Shown here piece by piece: positions 16,785-21,933 of a DNA stretch of 21,933 bases (the stretch's first letter is position 1; every line of letters starts with the position of its first letter). The position numbers and the translations under genes were made by a program. Source of the stretch: Gemmatimonadota bacterium (GTDB lineage Bacteria > Gemmatimonadota > Gemmatimonadetes > Gemmatimonadales > Gemmatimonadaceae); assembly GCA_031372565.1 (NCBI GenBank), contig JANMLN010000170.1:1-21933 (forward strand). The letters are read 5' to 3'. The notes under the pieces were generated by a model that saw only the letters and a program-made list of their open reading frames with translations, made no database searches and had not been told where the DNA came from.

Positions 16785-18295
16785 AGGGTCTGCTCGATCA
16801 CGTCCTGCGCGACCCGCGATGCGGCACTGGCACGCGCGAGTGCCGTGGCAACCGCTGCCGCGAGCGGCGCACCGCGCGGGTCCGAACCGAGCAACGCCAC
16901 ATTGATCCGCACGTTGTAGGCCGCGCCGCGCGCGCCCGCTTCGGCGAGCAGCGCCGCCACACCGGCGTCCGACACCGCGTTGCTGTTGCCGTCGCGTGCG
17001 ACCACCGCCGCGAGCTCGGCCGCATCCGCGCAGGCTTCGGCCGTCTCGAGTGGAACGCGCGCCGCTTCGACGAGCGCGTCGGCGATCTTCGCATCGCGTC
17101 CCTCGGCGCCCGGGCCGTCCTTGGGCAGCTTGTACGCGTTGCTCACGCCGGTGTACGCGTCGGCGTCCTGCTGCACGAGGGCTGAGCAGCGCGTGACGAG
17201 CGCGGCGGCCTTGATCGCCAGCGCCTTCATCTCGGGTTCGACGCCTGCGTACTTCTTGCGACCGATGGTGAGTCCCGCGACCATCTGCGCGAGCGCCGCG
17301 GCGAGCGCGCCCGCATGCGCGCTCACGGAGCCGCCGCCCGGAACGGGGGCCGGACCGGCGATGTCGCCCAGGAAGCCGCTCACGGACGTGCCACCGCTGA
17401 CGGCGTCGCGCACCTTGCGATCGAGCACCTGTGCGGTCGTGAACTGGGTGAGCTGCAGATGACGAGCGGCGGCGTCGAAGAGCACCTTCTCGGGGACGAG
17501 GCCGACGATCTCGCTCCAGGTGGGCGAGACGCCGCGTGCCTCGGCTTCCATCTTCACCATGTCGAAGGCGCGATGGAGCGGTGTCTTGTCGGTGTCCACG
17601 AGGTTCATGGAGACCTGCGCCTGCCCATCGACTTCGAGGCCGAGCCCCTTCACGTAGCGAAGTCCACCACTCGAGCCCCGCACGGCCTTGGCGACGTCCT
17701 TGGCCACGGCGAGGTTCTTCGCATCACCCAGATAGACGTTGTACGCCACGAGGAACGGGCGCGCGCCGTTGACCGTGGCGCCCGCGGTCGGGTGCACGGC
17801 GTTGGGCCCGAAGTCCGGGATGCGCGCCGGGTTGGTGCCGATCTCCGTGCGCGCGAGTTCGAACTCGCCGCGACGGATGTCCGCGAGGTTCTCCCGGTCC
17901 GCTCGCGTGGCGGCGCGCTCATACAGGAAGACCGGGATCTGCAGCGCGCTGCCGACCTGCTCGCCGAGTGCACGCGCGAGCGCGATGCAGTCATCCATGG
18001 TGGCGCCTTCGAGCGGGATGAACGGGACCACGTCCGTTGCACCGATACGCGGATGTTCGCCCGCATGCGTGGTGAGGTCGATGAGGTCGCGCGCCTTCGC
18101 GATGCCGGCAAACGCGGCGGCCACGGCGTGCTCTGCGCCAACGACGAAGGTGCAGACGGTACGGTTGTGACTGGCGTCGCTCGATACATCGAGCACGACG
18201 ACAGACGGGACCGCCGCGATCGCGTCACGGATGGCGGCGATGACCTCGGGGCGGCGCCCCTCGGAAAAGTTGGGCACGCACTCGATGAGCTTCAT
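16775..18295 (-). CDS. ftcD: Bifunctional glutamate formimidoyltransferase / formiminotetrahydrofolate cyclodeaminase
   Basis: N-terminal LIECVPNFSEGRR, GEHPRIGATDVVPFIP, GARPFLVAYNV, QVSMNL; C-terminal cyclodeaminase PVPGGGSVSA, GNSNAVSDAGVA, YNVRINV. Confidence 0.95.
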   Translation of the reverse strand: MKLIECVPNFSEGRRPEVIAAIRDAIAAVPSVVVLDVSSDASHNRTVCTFVVGAEHAVAAAFAGIAKARDLIDLTTHAGEHPRIGATDVVPFIPLEGATMDDCIALARALGEQVGSALQIPVFLYERAATRADRENLADIRRGEFELARTEIGTNPARIPDFGPNAVHPTAGATVNGARPFLVAYNVYLGDAKNLAVAKDVAKAVRGSSGGLRYVKGLGLEVDGQAQVSMNLVDTDKTPLHRAFDMVKMEAEARGVSPTWSEIVGLVPEKVLFDAAARHLQLTQFTTAQVLDRKVRDAVSGGTSVSGFLGDIAGPAPVPGGGSVSAHAGALAAALAQMVAGLTIGRKKYAGVEPEMKALAIKAAALVTRCSALVQQDADAYTGVSNAYKLPKDGPGAEGRDAKIADALVEAARVPLETAEACADAAELAAVVARDGNSNAVSDAGVAALLAEAGARGAAYNVRINVALLGSDPRGAPLAAAVATALARASAASRVAQDVIEQTLSS

Positions 18296-18304
18296 GCGCG
18301 AAAG

Positions 18305-19117
18305 CTACAGCACGCCGAGGAGCCAGTCATGGAGCACGCCGTTGCTGGCGACCACCGGCGTGTGCGCGACGGGGCAGTCGGCACCGTCGAGCGTGGTGAC
18401 ACGCCCGCCGGCTTCGCGCACCAGCAGCAGGCCGGCCGCGATGTCCCACGGCGCGAGCTTGAGCTCCCAGAAGCCATCGAAGCGACCGCACGCAACGTCG
18501 GCCAGATCGAGCGCCGCGGCGCCCGCACGCCGTACCCCGGCCGTGCTCGCGAGAATGCGTGGCAGCTGTGCCATGTACGCCGGTATCTGTTCGCGGTGCT
18601 TGAACGGGAATCCGGTGCCGAGGAGCGCGCGAGCCGGGTCGCGCTCGGTCGAGACGTGGATTGGTTGTCCGTTCCGACGGGCACCACCGCCCGCGGTGGC
18701 GGTGAACAGCTCACCGGTGGCAACGTTCAACACGACGGCAGCGGCGATCTCCCCGTCCACGAGCGCGCCGATGGACACCGCGTACCACGGGAAGCCGTGC
18801 AGGAAGTTGGTGGTGCCATCGAGCGGATCGACGACGAACGCCGTGCCCTTGGGGGGCACCGTGGCATCGGGCGAGAGTTCCTCGCCGATGACGAGCGCGC
18901 CGGGATGCCGTTCGAGCAGGACCTTCCGGATGAGTTGCTCGGCACCTTCGTCTGCCACGCTCACGAAATCGGACGGGCCCTTCTCGGTGACGACGAGCTG
19001 CTCGCGCGTGAGCGCATGCGTGCGCAGCAGTTCGGCTGCTTGCGCCGCTGCCGCGACCGCGCTGGCGAGCAGGGCGCGATGCGGTGTGCGCGACGGTGTG
19101 GGCGTTGCTTGCTCCAT
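18305..19117 (-). CDS. suhB: Inositol monophosphatase family protein (SuhB-like)
   Basis: DFVSVAD, GEE, VDPLDGTTNFLHG, RRAGAAALDLADVACGRFDGFWE, PWDIAAG; start ATG 19117 after GGGAG; orthology to suhB likely but unverified. Confidence 0.88.
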   Translation of the reverse strand: MEQATPTPSRTPHRALLASAVAAAAQAAELLRTHALTREQLVVTEKGPSDFVSVADEGAEQLIRKVLLERHPGALVIGEELSPDATVPPKGTAFVVDPLDGTTNFLHGFPWYAVSIGALVDGEIAAAVVLNVATGELFTATAGGGARRNGQPIHVSTERDPARALLGTGFPFKHREQIPAYMAQLPRILASTAGVRRAGAAALDLADVACGRFDGFWELKLAPWDIAAGLLLVREAGGRVTTLDGADCPVAHTPVVASNGVLHDWLLGVL

Positions 19118-19143
19118 GTGGAAACGCTCCCTACCTTGCGCCC
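19109..19143 (+). promoter_or_regulatory. Predicted promoter giving a leaderless trpS transcript
   Basis: TTGCTC (19109-19114), 17 nt, TACCTT (19132-19137), 6 nt, ATG 19144; no SD. Confidence 0.55.
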
Positions 19144-20124
19144 ATGTCACGCATCTTCAGCGGCATCCAACCCTCGGGGGAGCTGCACATCGGGAACTAC
19201 CTCGGCGCGGTGAAGAACTGGGTGTCGATCCAGTCCCGCCACGAGAGCTTCTTCTGCATCGTGGACTTGCACGCGATCACGGTTCCGTACGAGCCCGCGG
19301 TGCTTCGCGAGCGCACGCACGCGATGGCGTTGACGCTGTTTGCCGCCGGACTCGATCCGTCGCGCACGTCGGTGTTCGTGCAGAGCGCGGTGCGGGAACA
19401 TACCGAGTTGCAGTGGATCTTCAACACGGTCACCCCGCTCGGCGAGCTCGAGCGCCAGACGCAGTACAAGGAGAAGTCGGCACGGCAGGAGCAGGTCATG
19501 GCGGGGATCCTCAATTATCCCGTGCTGCAGGCCGCCGACATCCTGCTGTACCGGGCCGATGTGGTGCCGGTCGGAGAGGATCAGGTGCAGCATCTCGAGC
19601 TGTCGCGCGTGCTGGCGCGGAACTGGAATGCCCGCTTCACGGCCGGCTTTTTTCCGGAGCCACAGCCGCTCCTGGCGCCGACGCGGCGCCTGATGGGCCT
19701 GGACGGGCAGGCGAAGATGTCCAAGTCGCTCGGCAACACGATCGGTCTGATGGAAACATCCGAACAGACGTGGGCCAAGCTGCGCCCGGCGGTCACGGAT
19801 CCTGCGCGCGTGAAGAAGACGGACCCGGGCAATCCCGACATCTGCAACATCTTCCAGTTGCACAAGGCATTCTCGCCCGAGGCGACCGTCACGCACGTCG
19901 CTGCCCAATGCCGGAGCGCGGGGTGGGGGTGCATCGACTGCAAGAAGGTGCTGCACGAGCAGATGACCGCGGAGCTGACGCCCATCCAGGCGCGCGCGCA
20001 GGAGATGTCGGCCGAGCCGCACCGGTTGGCTGACGCGCTGGGCGATGGCGCGGCGAAGGCGCGCGCGGTGGCGAGTGAGACGATGCACGCGGTCCGTGAT
20101 GCGATGGGACTGGCCGGAGGATGA
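19144..20124 (+). CDS. trpS: Tryptophan-tRNA ligase
   Basis: FSGIQPSGELHIGNYLGA (HIGH), YPVLQAADILLY, VPVGEDQVQH, KMSKS; start ATG 19144. Confidence 0.97.
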   Translation: MSRIFSGIQPSGELHIGNYLGAVKNWVSIQSRHESFFCIVDLHAITVPYEPAVLRERTHAMALTLFAAGLDPSRTSVFVQSAVREHTELQWIFNTVTPLGELERQTQYKEKSARQEQVMAGILNYPVLQAADILLYRADVVPVGEDQVQHLELSRVLARNWNARFTAGFFPEPQPLLAPTRRLMGLDGQAKMSKSLGNTIGLMETSEQTWAKLRPAVTDPARVKKTDPGNPDICNIFQLHKAFSPEATVTHVAAQCRSAGWGCIDCKKVLHEQMTAELTPIQARAQEMSAEPHRLADALGDGAAKARAVASETMHAVRDAMGLAGG

Positions 20125-20816
20125 TGGTGGACCAGATGATGTCGAAGGGGATGCAGGAGATGGTCCAGGTGCTGCGCCTCGACCTGACGGCCACGCTCCT
20201 CATCGCGGTCATCCTTGGCGGTGCCATCGGGATGGAGCGGCAGTTGGCGGGCAAGCCGGCCGGGCTTCGCACCAACATCCTGATCTGTGTCGGCACGACG
20301 CTGCTTGGCGACCTCTCGATCCGGATGGGCGGCGTGGGAGGACATGCGGGCCCGAGTCCGTCGATGATCGCGGCGCAGGTCATGAGCGGGATCGGCTTTC
20401 TCGGCGCCGGCACCATCATGAAGGAAGGGGGGATGGTCCTGGGGCTGACTTCTGCCGCGACCATCTGGATCGTGGCCGCGATCGGCCTCTCGCTCGGGGC
20501 TGGACATCGGCTCGAGGCCGCTGGAACCGCATTCATCGTGATGCTGACGCTCGCAGCCCTCGGGCCGCTGGAGCACAGGCTGTTGCGGGCGACACGGATC
20601 GTGCCCGCGACGGTTCGCGCCCACCCCGGCACTGCGCTCTCGGTGCTGACGGAGAGCCTGGCCTCCTACGGAGTGAAGGTGCGGCACTCGGCCACCTACG
20701 ACCATTCGATGGACCGCGTCTTCGAGCTGGTGCTGGCGGGCCCGGCGTCCCAGATCGACATCATCGAGCAGGTGCTGCGGCAGCGGCCGGATGTCTTCTC
20801 GGCCCGTATCGGGTAG
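20121..20816 (+). CDS. MgtC/SapB family membrane protein with C-terminal ACT-like domain
   Basis: GGAIGMERQ...KPAGLRTNILIC, IAAQVMSGIGFLGAGTI, GLTSAATIW; ATGA overlap with trpS; several alternative ATGs. Confidence 0.92.
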   Translation: MMVDQMMSKGMQEMVQVLRLDLTATLLIAVILGGAIGMERQLAGKPAGLRTNILICVGTTLLGDLSIRMGGVGGHAGPSPSMIAAQVMSGIGFLGAGTIMKEGGMVLGLTSAATIWIVAAIGLSLGAGHRLEAAGTAFIVMLTLAALGPLEHRLLRATRIVPATVRAHPGTALSVLTESLASYGVKVRHSATYDHSMDRVFELVLAGPASQIDIIEQVLRQRPDVFSARIG

Positions 20817-20827
20817 CTTCCCCGATC

Positions 20828-21933
20828 ATGGAACGGATCATCAAGGCGGCGGTCGATCGGGGAGCGACGGACCTGCACATCAAGGCCGGCGACGTCTTCC
20901 GTGCGCGGATCAACGGCCAGCTCGTGCCGCTGACCAAGCAGGCGCTCACGCCCGAGCAGACCAAGGCCATCGCGCTCCGCCTGATTGCGAACGAGGAGGA
21001 CCGCGCGCGTATTGACCGGATCCTCGACTACGACTGCTCGTGGGGTGCGAGCGGGATCGGGCGGTTCCGGGTGAACATCCTGCGGCAGCGGTCCAGCTTC
21101 ATGATCGTGCTGCGCGTCATTCCGTTCGAGGTGCCCAGCATCGAGAAGCTGGGACTGCCGCCGCAGTTGGAGAGCGTGGCACTGGCGGAGCGCGGCCTCG
21201 TGGTGGTGACGGGGCGGCGCGGTGCGGGCAAGTCGAGCACGGTGGCCGCACTCCTCCACCACATCAACCAGTGCGTCAACCGGCACATCGTCACGCTGGA
21301 GAGCCCGATCGAGTTCCTGCATCGCGACTTGCAGTCGAGCGTGACGCAGCGCGAGGTCGGGGTCGATACCGGGACGTTTCGCGAGGGAATGCGCGCTGCG
21401 CTGCGCCAGGATCCCGACGTGATCGTGATCGGCGACATGCGTGACGTGGAAACCATGGACACGGCGCTCAAGGCGGTCGAGACCGGGTTTCGCGTCATCA
21501 CCTGCCTCGATGCGAACGATGTGCCTATGGCGCTGCAGCGCATGATCACGCTCTTTCCGCTGGAGGAGCAGGAGCATGCGCGTGTGCGCCTGGCCGAGGC
21601 GCTGCACTCGGTCGTGGCCCTGCGGGCCGTGTCGCGCCCGGAGGGCCAGGGGCGCACGAATGCCGTCGAGCTGCTGCTCATGACGCCGATGATTCGCGAT
21701 GTGCTCATCGAGGGGACGCGCATCGGGGATTTGCGCGAGCTCATGGCGGCCGCGCGCGAGCAGTGGGGCATGCAGACCTTCGACCAGCACCTGATCGAAC
21801 TGGTGGAAACGGGGACGATCACCGCCGATACCGCGCTCGGTGCGGCCTCGCGCGCGAGCGAGATGGAGGCGGTGGTCGGCCACTTGCGTCGTCGCACCCC
21901 GCTCGGCACGCGCGCGGTGACGCCGCCCGCGGG
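20828..21933 (+). CDS. PilT/PilU-family type IV pilus ATPase homolog with degenerate catalytic motifs (3' end outside window)
   Basis: Hand translation: MERIIKAAVDRGATDLHIKAG...GRFRVNILRQR...VTGRRGAGKSST...TLESPIEF...QREVG...ALRQDPDVIVIGDMRD...GMQTFDQHL; open to window end, so absent from ORF track. Confidence 0.92.
   Translation, partial: MERIIKAAVDRGATDLHIKAGDVFRARINGQLVPLTKQALTPEQTKAIALRLIANEEDRARIDRILDYDCSWGASGIGRFRVNILRQRSSFMIVLRVIPFEVPSIEKLGLPPQLESVALAERGLVVVTGRRGAGKSSTVAALLHHINQCVNRHIVTLESPIEFLHRDLQSSVTQREVGVDTGTFREGMRAALRQDPDVIVIGDMRDVETMDTALKAVETGFRVITCLDANDVPMALQRMITLFPLEEQEHARVRLAEALHSVVALRAVSRPEGQGRTNAVELLLMTPMIRDVLIEGTRIGDLRELMAAAREQWGMQTFDQHLIELVETGTITADTALGAASRASEMEAVVGHLRRRTPLGTRAVTPPA

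Noticed and set aside
16696..16905. Small ORF containing QVLRCAQDD (and VVLSEAKDL in 11929-12429)
   Set aside because: These peptides are translations of the extragenic repeat, not real proteins
17315..20033. 632-aa and 600-aa plus-strand ORFs
   Set aside because: Antisense or out-of-frame shadows of ftcD, suhB and trpS with no domain signatures
20121..20162. Met-rich N-terminus of the MgtC-family protein as a metal-binding motif or leader peptide
   Set aside because: Start codon is ambiguous among several ATGs and there is no supporting structure
20696..21909. Minus-strand ORFs of 395 and 293 aa
   Set aside because: Antisense to the PilT-like gene, which is the motif-bearing frame

Overview
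GC-rich bacterial chromosomal window; the protein styles suggest Gemmatimonadota, but that is my inference and was not searched. Bases 1-13006 hold the 3' end of tuf followed by a complete S10-spc ribosomal protein cluster (rpsJ to rplO), secY, adk and map. The cluster stops there, without the usual infA-rpmJ-rpsM-rpsK-rpsD-rpoA-rplQ continuation. The rest encodes an alpha/beta hydrolase, an SPFH protein paired with a ribbon-helix-helix regulator, a GCS2-family ligase, a bifunctional FtcD, an inositol monophosphatase, TrpRS, an MgtC/SapB protein, and a PilT-like ATPase that runs off the window and is missing from the ORF track. Best observations: (1) an mRNA hairpin between rpsN and rpsH that copies the uS8-binding core of 16S rRNA helix 21 and sequesters the rpsH Shine-Dalgarno, a candidate S8 autoregulatory leader; (2) a near-consensus sigma70 promoter for the SPFH-RHH operon overlapped by two GATATCAT repeats, a candidate RHH operator; (3) a PilT paralog with degenerate Asp box, Walker B and His box; (4) two 34-bp REP-like copies, plus a partial third copy that supplies the ftcD stop codon; (5) four genes with a leaderless-mRNA signature; (6) an Fe-S-type Cys motif in TrpRS; (7) many ribosomal-protein extensions and an indel in uL2. 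I saw no CRISPR array, tRNA, rRNA or transposase.
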